From the NCBI GenBank assembly GCA_965249135.1, contig OZ252220.1, positions 1,440,001 to 1,504,000 on the forward strand: 64,000 bases of DNA, given 5' to 3'. This DNA comes from Alphaproteobacteria bacterium. Its GTDB lineage: Bacteria > Pseudomonadota > Alphaproteobacteria > GCA-2746255. This document shows positions 16,473 through 25,906 of this stretch, piece by piece (within the stretch, counting starts at the first letter, position 1; each line of letters opens with the position of its first letter). A program made the translations under genes and the position numbers. A model generated the notes under the pieces. That model saw only the letters and a program-made list of their open reading frames with translations. It made no database searches and was not told the DNA's origin.

Positions 16473-17631
16473 GCGCGTTGCCGTCGTCGGTGCGGGGATC
16501 ACCAAGTTCGTCCGCCGTGCCCAAGAGACCGGGCCGGAGCTTTGTTGGGCGGCGGCCAGCCAGGCGCTCGAAAGCGCCGGCATGTCGCTCGACGACATCG
16601 ACTGCGTCATCCACGGCACGGCGCCGGACGCCTTCGATGGCGTGCACATGAAGGGCGAATATTTGGCGGCCGGCAGCGGTGCCTGGCGGAAGCCCTACAC
16701 GCGGACCTATGTGGGCGGCGGCACCGGCGTCTATGCGCCGATCCACGCCTGGAAGCATCTGGCCAGCGGCAAATTCCGCACGGCGCTCGTCATCTGCGAA
16801 GAGAAGATGTCCTCCTGCCAGCCGCATCCGCAAGGCGCCTTCATCACGATTTTCGATCACACGACGGAGCGCGCGTTGGGTCCGAACCTGCTTTGGATCT
16901 TCGCCCTCGAACAGCAACGCTACATGGCCGTCCACGGCATCAAGAACGAAGAGATCGCCCGCGTCGCCGTGAAGAACAAGCACAACGCCATGGGCCATCC
17001 CTCCGCCCAGCTCGGGGCCGAGCTGACGGTGGACGAGGTGCTGGCATCCGAGATCATGGCCTATCCGGTCCACCGCCTGATGGTCAGCCCGACCAGCGAC
17101 GGGGCGGCGGCCGTCGTCATGACGAACGAAGACGTCGCCAAGTCGGTGACGGATCAGCCCGTCTGGCTGGACGGCGTCGGTTGGGCGTTGGACACCGCGT
17201 TTTGGACGAACCGCGATCTCTACTACCCGCGCTACGTCGAGAAGGCCGCCTGGATGGCTTACAACATGGCCGGCATCAAGAACCCGGCCGAGGAAATCTC
17301 CTTCGCCGAGCCTTACGACCCCTTCTGCTACAAGGAGCTTCACCATTTGGAAGGCCTGCAACTGGCGCCGAAGGGACAGGCGCCGAAGCTGCTGGCGGAA
17401 GGGCATTTCGACCGTGACGGCAAGCTGCCGTCCTGTCCGTCCGGCGGCCTGCTGGGCGTCGGCAACCCGATCGCGGCGGCCGGCATGATGAAGATCTGCG
17501 AGCTTTTCTGGCAGCTTCGCGGCGAGGCCGACGAGCGGCAGATCAAGAAGAACCTGCGCTGGGGAGTGGCCCAAGCCTGGGGCGATCTGATGCAGGTGGG
17601 CACCGTCGTCGTGATGGGAAGAGATGGGTAG
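16465..17631 (+). CDS. Thiolase-fold protein (archaeal/SCP2-like subfamily), catalytic Cys and GHP His absent
   Basis: RVAVVGAG, EEKMS, AVKNKHNA, SDGAAAVV, EPYDPF and PSGGLLGVGNPIAAAG. Confidence 0.85.
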   Translation: MGKRVAVVGAGITKFVRRAQETGPELCWAAASQALESAGMSLDDIDCVIHGTAPDAFDGVHMKGEYLAAGSGAWRKPYTRTYVGGGTGVYAPIHAWKHLASGKFRTALVICEEKMSSCQPHPQGAFITIFDHTTERALGPNLLWIFALEQQRYMAVHGIKNEEIARVAVKNKHNAMGHPSAQLGAELTVDEVLASEIMAYPVHRLMVSPTSDGAAAVVMTNEDVAKSVTDQPVWLDGVGWALDTAFWTNRDLYYPRYVEKAAWMAYNMAGIKNPAEEISFAEPYDPFCYKELHHLEGLQLAPKGQAPKLLAEGHFDRDGKLPSCPSGGLLGVGNPIAAAGMMKICELFWQLRGEADERQIKKNLRWGVAQAWGDLMQVGTVVVMGRDG

Positions 17632-18133
17632 GATGAAGGAACCGAAACTCGGCACCGCCTTAAGCTCGGAAGACTTTAAACAGAAACGAGTCTTCACGAC
17701 CTCCTACACGCCAAAGGCGGAATACGCCTGGGACACCGGGTTTGCCATCGGCCGTTACCTCGAAGGACTGAAAGAGGGCAAGCTTCTGGCCCGCAGCTGC
17801 AAGAAATGCGGCCGCATTCTTATCCCGCCGCGTGCCTTCTGCGAGCTTTGCTTCCGGCCCACCGACGACTGGGTCGAGCTTGAACACACCGGTGTGATCA
17901 ACACGTTTTCGCTTTGCTACATCACCTGGGACATGCAGAAGCTGACGGATCCGCTGATCCCCGCCGTCATCGCGATCGACGGCGCGACGGAAGGCTACGG
18001 CATCATGCACATGATCGGCGGGGTCGACCCCAAGGCGGTCCAGGTGGGGATGAAGGTGGAGGCCGTCTGGAAGCCTGCGGACGAGCGGGAAGCTTCGATT
18101 ACGGACATTCAGTACTGGAGGCCGATCGTATGA
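17624..18133 (+). CDS. DUF35 Zn-ribbon/OB-fold protein
   Basis: CKKC..PPRAFCELC zinc ribbon, VQVGMKVEAVW and REASITDI. Confidence 0.9.
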   Translation: MGRMKEPKLGTALSSEDFKQKRVFTTSYTPKAEYAWDTGFAIGRYLEGLKEGKLLARSCKKCGRILIPPRAFCELCFRPTDDWVELEHTGVINTFSLCYITWDMQKLTDPLIPAVIAIDGATEGYGIMHMIGGVDPKAVQVGMKVEAVWKPADEREASITDIQYWRPIV

Positions 18134-18582
18134 GGGTGCCTTCGAATCAAAACTACACGGCCTGGACCGGGTCCATCCCCGTAAGCTCGCTTTATACCGC
18201 GGGCCTCGCCGGACAGGTGTTCCTGAAAGCGCTGAAGGAGAAGGGCGATATCTTAGGCTCGCGTTGCGAGAAGTGCGACAAGGTCTACGTGCCCGCCGCG
18301 ATTTTCTGCGAGAGCTGCTTCGCGGAACTCAAGGAACACAAGCCCGTCAAGCCGGAGGGCGAGGTCATAAGCTTCACGCTCTGTCACCACGACGTCGGCG
18401 GCAACGCGCTGAACCCCCCGCGCATCGCGGCCGCCGTCCGGCTGGATGGCGCGACCTCCGTGCTCATCCATAACGGGCTCGGCGAACCTTCGAAATGGAA
18501 GATCGGCGCCCGGGTCAAGGTCAAGCTGGCGGCTGCCCGCGAGGGCTCGATCCTCGATATCGAGGGATTCGAGCTGATCTAG
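18130..18582 (+). CDS. Second DUF35 Zn-ribbon/OB-fold protein
   Basis: CEKC..FCESC, KIGARVKV and REGSILDI; ATG at 18130 overlaps the upstream stop (ATGA). Confidence 0.88.
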   Translation: MRVPSNQNYTAWTGSIPVSSLYTAGLAGQVFLKALKEKGDILGSRCEKCDKVYVPAAIFCESCFAELKEHKPVKPEGEVISFTLCHHDVGGNALNPPRIAAAVRLDGATSVLIHNGLGEPSKWKIGARVKVKLAAAREGSILDIEGFELI

Positions 18583-18603
18583 CCGGGCGTTTAAAGCCCC
18601 TTC

Positions 18604-18627
18604 CCTTCCGCCCAACCTTCCGCCCAA
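18604..18627. repeat. Exact 12-bp tandem duplication CCTTCCGCCCAA x2
   Basis: 18604-18615 is identical to 18616-18627; intergenic. Confidence 0.85.
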
Positions 18628-18685
18628 CGCGTGAGGCACGTGGTTGCCCCTTGCCAGAAGGCAAGCGCGCTTCTTTACTTGCCCC

Positions 18686-19444
18686 ATGACGGAAACGGTA
18701 ATCCAGGTCGAAAAACTCACGAAGTGCTATGGCGAGATTCGTGCCGTCGACGGAATCGACTTTACCGTCGAACGCGGCTCGACGATGGCGCTGCTCGGTG
18801 GCAATGGGGCGGGCAAAACGACGACGCTTGCGATCCTGCTTGGCCTTCTGCTTCCAACCAGCGGCCGGGCCACCGTCTTGGGTGCGGACATGCGAAAGCA
18901 TCGCTACCGCGTGCTGCCAAGGATGAATTTTTCATCTCCCTATGTCGACCTTCCGCGACGCTTGACGGCGGCCGAGAACCTGAAGGTCTATGCGCGCCTC
19001 TATGGCGTGCCAAACGTCGGCGCGCGTATCGACGAACTCGCCGGCGACCTCGATCTGGGTGAATTTCTTCGCCGCCCCATCGGCAGCCTTTCTTCCGGCC
19101 AACGCACGCGTGTGGCGCTCGCCAAGGCCTTGTTGAACACGCCCACCCTGCTTCTGCTCGATGAACCGACCGCGTCTCTCGATCCGGACACGGCAGACTG
19201 GGTTCGCGGTTATCTGGAACGCTACCGCAAACAAACGAATGCGACGATCGTGCTTGCCTCCCACAACATGGCGGAAGTCGAACGTTTATGTGACGACGTG
19301 GCAATACTGCAGAAGGGCCGCATCGTCGATCAAGGAAGCCCACGGGCGCTCATCGAGCGCCACGGCGGGCGGAACCTCGAAGCGGTGTTCCTGGCCATCG
19401 CCAGAAGCGAGGGCGCACACCGGAGGGATGAGGCAACCCATTGA
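18686..19444 (+). CDS. ABC-2 type exporter ATP-binding subunit
   Basis: GGNGAGKTT, LSSGQ, LLLDEPT and SHNM. Confidence 0.92.
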   Translation: MTETVIQVEKLTKCYGEIRAVDGIDFTVERGSTMALLGGNGAGKTTTLAILLGLLLPTSGRATVLGADMRKHRYRVLPRMNFSSPYVDLPRRLTAAENLKVYARLYGVPNVGARIDELAGDLDLGEFLRRPIGSLSSGQRTRVALAKALLNTPTLLLLDEPTASLDPDTADWVRGYLERYRKQTNATIVLASHNMAEVERLCDDVAILQKGRIVDQGSPRALIERHGGRNLEAVFLAIARSEGAHRRDEATH

Positions 19445-20256
19445 CCGAACTTCCGAATCCAACTTTTTCCTGGCGGCGTTCGACGGCGCTTTTGCTGCGC
19501 TACCTCTACCTCTTACGCGGTTCCTGGCCGCGCATCCTGGAACTCACCTACTGGCCGATCGTGCAGATGATTCTTTGGGGGCTGATCACCCAATTCTTCC
19601 TTACGAACAGTTCGTGGCTGATGCAGGCAAGCGGCGTGTTGATCGCCGCCGTCCTTTTGTGGGACGTGCTGTTTCGAAGCCAGCTTGGAGTTTCGATCTC
19701 CTTTCTCGAAGAGATGTGGTCACGCAATCTGGGCCAGCTTTTCGTGAGCCCCTTCCGTCCGTGGGAGTTCGTGGCCTCGCTGCTGACGATCAGTCTGTTT
19801 CGTACGATGATCGGGGTCATCCCGGCCGCCTTTCTGGCGATCGTACTTTACGAGTATTCCATTTTCGAGTTGGGGCTTCCCTTGCTCGCCTTCTTCGTGA
19901 ACCTGCTCGTCATGGGTTGGGCCATCGGTCTGCTCGTCGCGGCGACCATCCTGCGCTACGGGCTTGGCGCGGAAAGTCTGGCCTGGCTTGCGATCTTCGC
20001 CATCGCGCCATTAAGCGGAATCTACTATCCGATCGACGTGCTTCCGGACTGGCTCGTGCCCGTCGCCTATGCGCTGCCGTCTGCCCACGTCTTCGAAGGC
20101 ATGCGGGCCGTGATGTTCGATCACGTGTTCCGCTGGGACCATCTGGGTTGGGCGATCGCGCTCAACGTGCTTTATCTCGGCGGCGGAATTGCCATCCTGT
20201 TGGCGGCCTTCCACACCGCGCGGGTCCGCGGCCTCCTTCTCCAAATGGGAGAATGA
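19441..20256 (+). CDS. ABC-2 type exporter permease
   Basis: Six TMs, EEMWSRN and SGIYYPIDVLP; overlaps the ATPase stop. Confidence 0.9.
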   Translation: MTELPNPTFSWRRSTALLLRYLYLLRGSWPRILELTYWPIVQMILWGLITQFFLTNSSWLMQASGVLIAAVLLWDVLFRSQLGVSISFLEEMWSRNLGQLFVSPFRPWEFVASLLTISLFRTMIGVIPAAFLAIVLYEYSIFELGLPLLAFFVNLLVMGWAIGLLVAATILRYGLGAESLAWLAIFAIAPLSGIYYPIDVLPDWLVPVAYALPSAHVFEGMRAVMFDHVFRWDHLGWAIALNVLYLGGGIAILLAAFHTARVRGLLLQMGE

Positions 20257-20366
20257 ACAAGCGAAATTGGCGGATCGGAAAAACTGCCGTATAAGATGAG
20301 GGGACGTGGCCGGGCATAAATGGGTAACCTATTGATAAACACTTATTTTTTCGAGAGAGCGGCGGC

Positions 20367-21008
20367 ATGATCCAAACCACCCGCTGGTGGTGGGTGCGCC
20401 ACGCCAGAGCCCTTAATCATGACAACCGCGTTTACGGAAACACGTTGGACGTCTCCGTCGATACGAGCGATGCGGCCCCCTTCCGCGCGCTGGCAAAGGC
20501 CTTGCCGCAAGACGCCGTTTTGATTCGAAACAAACTGAAACGCACCGTCGAGACGGCAGACGCCATCTCGGCCCAGGGGTTTACGCCTTCGCTCGTCCGA
20601 ATCGACGAGACGATACAGGAGCTTTGCTTCGGCGAATGGCAAGGCTTGACTTACGAAAAGATTCGCGAGGTAAGCGGCGGCCACCCCGTCTGGTTTACAC
20701 CGCTTGATGTGGTCCCGCCAAAAGGCGAAAGCTTTCTCCAAATGCGCGCACGCGTCATTCCCGGCATCGAGCGGCTGACGAAAGAATTCGCCGGGCGCGA
20801 CATCGTCTCCATTTCCCACGGCGGCCCCATCCGGGTCGCCATCGGGCATGCGCTTGGCTTCGACGCCGAACGCTCCATCTGCTTCCGTGTCGACAACCTT
20901 TCGCTTACGCGGTTTGAATACCACCCTCGCTCGGACACGGAGAAGAAAGGTGGAAACTGGTTTGTTTGTTCTATCAACGTGCGGCCGGATCAGTTAGAGA
21001 CCGCCTGA
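20367..21008 (+). CDS. Histidine phosphatase family protein (CobC-like)
   Basis: VRHA, ELCFGEWQG, PPKGES and SHGGPIR; adjacent to cob genes. Confidence 0.8.
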   Translation: MIQTTRWWWVRHARALNHDNRVYGNTLDVSVDTSDAAPFRALAKALPQDAVLIRNKLKRTVETADAISAQGFTPSLVRIDETIQELCFGEWQGLTYEKIREVSGGHPVWFTPLDVVPPKGESFLQMRARVIPGIERLTKEFAGRDIVSISHGGPIRVAIGHALGFDAERSICFRVDNLSLTRFEYHPRSDTEKKGGNWFVCSINVRPDQLETA

Positions 21009-21055
21009 TGTCAACCGCCGTGAAGTTTCTTTTATCAAGTTAGGGGGGCGCTCCG

Positions 21056-21739
21056 ATGCCAAAGCGAATTCGAACGCCGCTGATCTTTCTTTTCGTACTC
21101 TCGCTCATCCTGGCAAACGCGTTTTCTGTAAAGGCGGCATCCGATGAGCAGGAACTCGTCGATACGGCGAAGTACACGATAGAACGCCTGCTGACGGACG
21201 AGGTCTTTTCCCAGGTTCCTGCCTATCTTGAAAAGGCGAAGGCCATCCTGATCGTGCCCTCCATGTTCAAGGCGGGGTTCTTCTTCGGCGCCGAAGGCGG
21301 AAGCGGCGTGCTGCTTAGCAAGGACGCGGAGGGGGAATGGAGCTATCCCGCCTTCTACACGATCGGTGGCGCCAGCTTCGGCTTGCAGATCGGCGCGGAA
21401 AATTCGGAAGTGCTGTTCGTCATCCTGACGGATAGCGGCCTTGAATCCATTCTGAATACGTCCGTGAAACTCGGAGCCGATGCCAGCATTGCGATAGGGC
21501 CGGTCGGTGCCGGCATCGAGGGCGCGACGACGACGAGTTTCGGTGCCGACATCGTCGTCTTCTCGCGTTCGGTTGGGCTGTTCGGCGGCGTGGCAGGAGA
21601 AGGAAGCGTTATCTATGGGCGCGAATCCTGGAACGAGAACTATTACGGCGAAGGCACGACGGCGCGGAAGATCGTCCAAGAAGGCAGCGTCCGAAACGAA
21701 AACGCGGACGCGCTTCGCGCCGTGCTCTCTGGAAAATAG
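21056..21739 (+). CDS. Lipid-binding SYLF (Ysc84) domain secreted protein
   Basis: Signal peptide, KAGFFFGAEGGSGVL, SFGLQIG, GADASIAIGPVG and GLFGG. Confidence 0.88.
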   Translation: MPKRIRTPLIFLFVLSLILANAFSVKAASDEQELVDTAKYTIERLLTDEVFSQVPAYLEKAKAILIVPSMFKAGFFFGAEGGSGVLLSKDAEGEWSYPAFYTIGGASFGLQIGAENSEVLFVILTDSGLESILNTSVKLGADASIAIGPVGAGIEGATTTSFGADIVVFSRSVGLFGGVAGEGSVIYGRESWNENYYGEGTTARKIVQEGSVRNENADALRAVLSGK

Positions 21740-21740
21740 G

Positions 21741-23216
21741 GTGGGCCGCGTTCCATCCCTGATGATTCAGGGGACCGGATCGGACGTCGGAAAATCGCTT
21801 CTTGTCGCCGGGCTCTGCCGCGTCTTTGCCCGCCGCGGGATGGACGTCCGGCCCTTCAAACCGCAGAACATGTCGAACAACGCCGCCGTCACCATCGAGG
21901 GCGGCGAGATCGGGCGCGCCCAGGCCTTGCAGGCACGCGCCGCCGGCCTGCTGCCGAGCATCCACATGAACCCGGTCCTGTTGAAACCGGAGACGGACAC
22001 AGGCGCCCAGGTCGTCGTTCAGGGCAATGTTGCCGGCCGTGTCGAGGCCCGCGCCTATCAGGGAAAAAAACCGGATCTCCTGCCCGCGGTGCTGGAAAGT
22101 TTCGCCGCACTTTCCGAAGGCGCCGATCTTCTGCTCGTCGAAGGGGCCGGCAGCCCAGCCGAGGTAAATCTTCGCGCCGACGACATCGCGAACATGGGAT
22201 TCGCCGAAGCCGCGGACCTTCCGGTCGTGCTGGTCGGCGACATCGAACGCGGCGGCGTGATCGCCGCCATCGTCGGCACCCGCGAAGTGATCTCAAAATC
22301 CGAAGGCGCCCGCATCCAGGGCTTCATCATCAACAAATTCCGTGGCGACCCGACCCTTTTCGAAGATGGGGTCACCCTTCTCGAGGCGCGCACCGGCTGG
22401 CCATGTTTCGGGGTCGTGCCTTTCCTTTCGGAGGCGCGGCTTTTTCCGGCGGAGGATTCGCTCCCCCTTGCCGCCTACCGGGAAAGCGAGGGACGTGGCA
22501 TTCGCATCCTGGTGCCGGTGCTTTCGCGCCTTGCGAACTTCGATGACCTCGATCCGCTGTTAGCCGAGCCGGACGTAAGCATCGAGATCGTGCCACCGGG
22601 CAAGCGGCTGCCCGAGGGCGCCGATCTCGTCATCCTGGCCGGTACGAAAGCGACGCTCGGCGATCTGCGATTCCTGCGCGAACAGGGATGGGAGGAAGAC
22701 CTTCATTCCCACTACGCCCATGGCGGCTGGATCCTCGGCATCTGCGGCGGCTATCAGATGCTGGGCCAAAGCGTGCGCGATCCCCACGCCATGGAAGGCG
22801 AGGCAGGCGAGGCGCCAGGTCTTGGTTTTCTCGAATGCGAAACCGTGCTGGATCGCGAAAAACGGCTGCATTCCATGGAAGGCGTCGAGCTTGCGAGCGG
22901 GGCAAGCGTGCAGGGCTATGAGATGCATCTCGGCCGATCGAGCGGGGCGGCGCTAGAGCGCCCCGTCTTCCGGCTTGCCGATGCGCCGGAAGGAGCCCAG
23001 TCTGCCGATGGGCGGATCCTCGGCACCTACCTGCACGGGCTCTTTGCCGGTGATGACTTCCGCCACGCCTTTCTCAATCGCATTCGGCCGCGCGAACGAA
23101 GCCGCGTCCATTTCGAGCAGCGGATCGAGCAGATGCTGGGGCGGCTTGCCGATCACCTCGAAGCCTCGCTCGACATCGAGGCCCTGCTCGCGCTTGCGAG
23201 AACCCGTGGCGGCTAA
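21741..23216 (+). CDS. cobQ: Cobyric acid synthase
   Basis: MIQGTGSDVGKS, FKPQNMSNN, VEGAGSPAEVNL, NFDDLDPL, GICGGYQMLG and GTYLHG. Confidence 0.95.
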   Translation: MGRVPSLMIQGTGSDVGKSLLVAGLCRVFARRGMDVRPFKPQNMSNNAAVTIEGGEIGRAQALQARAAGLLPSIHMNPVLLKPETDTGAQVVVQGNVAGRVEARAYQGKKPDLLPAVLESFAALSEGADLLLVEGAGSPAEVNLRADDIANMGFAEAADLPVVLVGDIERGGVIAAIVGTREVISKSEGARIQGFIINKFRGDPTLFEDGVTLLEARTGWPCFGVVPFLSEARLFPAEDSLPLAAYRESEGRGIRILVPVLSRLANFDDLDPLLAEPDVSIEIVPPGKRLPEGADLVILAGTKATLGDLRFLREQGWEEDLHSHYAHGGWILGICGGYQMLGQSVRDPHAMEGEAGEAPGLGFLECETVLDREKRLHSMEGVELASGASVQGYEMHLGRSSGAALERPVFRLADAPEGAQSADGRILGTYLHGLFAGDDFRHAFLNRIRPRERSRVHFEQRIEQMLGRLADHLEASLDIEALLALARTRGG

Positions 23217-23225
23217 AAGCAAGAG

Positions 23226-24211
23226 CTAAGTGTTGTAGGAAAGGACGGCAACAAGGCCAAAATTGAGCACGGCGCCGACAAAGAACAAATAAAGGGCACG
23301 CTTGATGTCCTGATGGGTGGCCCGTGCGCGCCCCGAACTGATCCAGGGCTCGTCCTCCTTCTCCGCCTCGCCTTTCTTCGGGCCCAGAAGCGCAAGATCC
23401 AGCGCGCCTTTCATGCCGCCACCGGCCAACCGGCGTTCCTATCGGGATGTTTCCAGCCCTCGGGCCCAAGCTGGCGGGCGCTGCGGGCCGGAGACGCCGT
23501 CGGTGTAAAGAGGGCCGCCGCCATCAGAACCAGACCGGCCAAGCGCGCGGGCAGGAAGCCAAGGGCGGCATCCAGGCGCCTGGCTGCGAAGCCGAAGGCC
23601 CGGTGCGACGCGTCGGTGCCGCCGATGCGAGCCTCAAGCACACGGACCGCCCGGCTCAAGAAAACGCCCGGCAGGCCAAGCAAGACGAACCAGAAGACCG
23701 GCGCGACGACGTCCTTGCCGAAACGTTCGGCCAGCCGTTCGATCGCAAAGCGCGCAAAGGCAAAGGAATCCATTTTCGCGCTATCGAAATTCCCCTGCGC
23801 CAAGAAGGGCAGTTGGGCGGGGTTGAAGCGCTCGCCCTTCAACGCTGTGTCAAGCTGGCGCGCCTCGTCGAAGACCTGGCGCTCGGGAATGAGAACCGCC
23901 AGGAGCAAAATTTCGATATACCTTCCGAACGGTGCGCTCGCCACATAGTTCAGAAGACCGACGCCGGCGGCAAAAGCGAGACCGGCCAGCACCAGAACCA
24001 CCAGGGCGCCGCGGATGATGCGGTTTCGCGGGCTCCGTTTCTCCCGGTTGAGACGGCCATCGAACCAACTCGAAGCGCGCCCAAAAATGGCCTCCGGATG
24101 GAAAGGCTTAAGAAACGGAACCGAAAAGCCACCGAGAAGCGCATTGACGACCAGCGCGATCAGAAGGAAAAACAGGGAGTCGGGGCTCCCTCCCGGAAGG
24201 GAAAGCGGCAT
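23226..24211 (-). pseudogene. cobD: Adenosylcobinamide-phosphate synthase CbiB/CobD, frameshifted near the 3' end
   Basis: VVAPVFW, FGFAARRLD..PARL and KHPDRNAGWPVA* in one frame; MKGALDLALLGP..GRARATHQDIKRAL continues in another frame from 23414, consistent with a 1-bp loss. Confidence 0.8.
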
Positions 24212-24292
24212 GCGGCGAGCATGGGCCGAAGCGCAGCACGCCGTCAATGCCAGAAGCCACGTTTTCAGCCGAGCAAGGTCCGGTCCGCAAGC

Positions 24293-25054
24293 ATGAATGA
24301 AAAATCCGCCATCCTGCTCTGCGGCCATGGCAGCCGGGATTCGGAAACACTTCTCGAATTCGACGCCTTCGTGAACCGGCTTCGCGCGAAGCTTCCCGCT
24401 ACTATGATCGGTCACGGGTTTCTTGAATTTGCGGAACCGACCATCAGGCAAGGCCTGGAAGAGCTTCGTGCGCGCGGTGCGCAAAGAATCGTCGTGTTGC
24501 CGCTGATGCTTTTCGAAGGCGCGCACGCGCTTCACGACATTCCGGCACTGCTTCAAAGCTTCGAAGCGGCACGTTCGAACCTTCCCCTTCGCTATGGCCG
24601 GGCGTTCGGGGTCGAGGAAAAGCTTTTGGCGATCGTGGCGGACCGTATCCGGGAGGCCGAAGAAGGGATGGGGCCGGGGACGCGGGAGGCAACGTTTCTT
24701 CTGTTTGTCACACGCGGCGCGCGCGATGCGGAAGTGGGAAGGCGGGCTTTAGAAATGGTGATGCGCCTTAAGACCGAACTCGGCCTTGCCGAAGCGCTTG
24801 CCGCCTTCAGCGGCATTGCCAAACCTTCCATAGAAGAGGGTTTAAGGCTGGCGGCGCAATCCGGAGCCAAGCGCGTGCTTGTCGTTCCCTATTTCCTGTT
24901 CACCGGCAAGCTTTTGAAAAAGCTCCGCACCGAAACGGAGGCCGTGGCGGCGGCAAACACGGAAATCGAATTTCACGTGACGAAACATCTCTTCGGCCAT
25001 CCGCTGCTTGAGGAATTCCTCCTCGATCGCATTCGCGAACTCACCGAGGGTTAA
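24293..25054 (+). CDS. cbiX: Sirohydrochlorin chelatase (CbiX/SirB family)
   Basis: CGHGSRD, GFLEFAEP, GAHALHDIP and VPYFLFTG. Confidence 0.85.
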   Translation: MNEKSAILLCGHGSRDSETLLEFDAFVNRLRAKLPATMIGHGFLEFAEPTIRQGLEELRARGAQRIVVLPLMLFEGAHALHDIPALLQSFEAARSNLPLRYGRAFGVEEKLLAIVADRIREAEEGMGPGTREATFLLFVTRGARDAEVGRRALEMVMRLKTELGLAEALAAFSGIAKPSIEEGLRLAAQSGAKRVLVVPYFLFTGKLLKKLRTETEAVAAANTEIEFHVTKHLFGHPLLEEFLLDRIRELTEG

Positions 25055-25093
25055 GGGCTTCTCGGTGGTTCGGCCGCGAGGTAGTCTCGGCCC

Positions 25094-25906
25094 ATGAACG
25101 CGCTTCCTTTGACATTGCCCAGCTTCGAGGCGGGCTCGGTGTGGCTGGTCGGCGCCGGACCGGGGGATCCGGGGCTGCTTACCCTGCTGGCGCTCCATGC
25201 GCTGGGGTCTGCCGACGTCGTCGTCTATGACGCACTCGTCGACAAACGGATACTCAAACTCGCGAACCCCAAGGCCGTCCTCGAATACGCAGGCAAACGG
25301 GGCGGGCGGCCATCCCCGAAACAGCCGGACATTTCGAAGGGCCTGATCGCCCACGCACGGGCGGGAAAGCGCGTGCTTCGGCTGAAGGGCGGCGATCCCT
25401 TCGTCTTCGGCCGTGGCGGCGAAGAGGCGCTTGCGCTCGCCGGTGCGCGCGTGCCGTTCCGGCTGGTCCCAGGCATTACGGCGGCGATCGGGGGACTGGC
25501 TTACGCCGGGGTGCCCGTCACTCACCGCGGCATGAATTCCGCCGTCACTTTCCTTACGGGCCATGCCGACGACGGGGACCTGCCGCGTGACGTCGACTGG
25601 GAAGGGTTGGTGAAGGGATCCCCGCTTTTGATCGTCTACATGCCGATCGGCAATCTCGAGGCGCTCTCGCACCGTCTGATCAAGGCGGGCCGGAAGGCGG
25701 ACGAGAAGGCCCTTCTGATCAGCCGGGCGACGACGCCGGACCAACGGGTCGTCGAGACGACGCTTGGAACTTGCGTCTCGGATGCGAGCGCGAGCGGGGT
25801 CCAACCGCCTGCCCTTTTCGTCGTAGGCCCATCGATCGCCTTGCACGCCGACCTCGACTGGTATGGAGCAATCTTTGATCGGGCCGACAAGAAAGGCGCG
25901 TCGTGA
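25094..25906 (+). CDS. cobA: Uroporphyrinogen-III C-methyltransferase
   Basis: LVGAGPGDPGLLT, RLKGGDPFVFGRGGEE and VPGIT. Confidence 0.95.
   Translation: MNALPLTLPSFEAGSVWLVGAGPGDPGLLTLLALHALGSADVVVYDALVDKRILKLANPKAVLEYAGKRGGRPSPKQPDISKGLIAHARAGKRVLRLKGGDPFVFGRGGEEALALAGARVPFRLVPGITAAIGGLAYAGVPVTHRGMNSAVTFLTGHADDGDLPRDVDWEGLVKGSPLLIVYMPIGNLEALSHRLIKAGRKADEKALLISRATTPDQRVVETTLGTCVSDASASGVQPPALFVVGPSIALHADLDWYGAIFDRADKKGAS

Noticed and set aside
20257-20366. Cobalamin riboswitch upstream of the cob genes
   Set aside because: The gap is too short and no B12-box or conserved GGGAA/GCCACTG elements were recognised; the same holds for 24212-24292.
21507-21740. N-terminal extensions in the ORF track (cobQ, cbiX, wcaJ, mutM, lnt, DUF3501, rbr and others)
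   Set aside because: The extensions overlap neighbouring genes and lack family motifs, so starts were moved to downstream codons.
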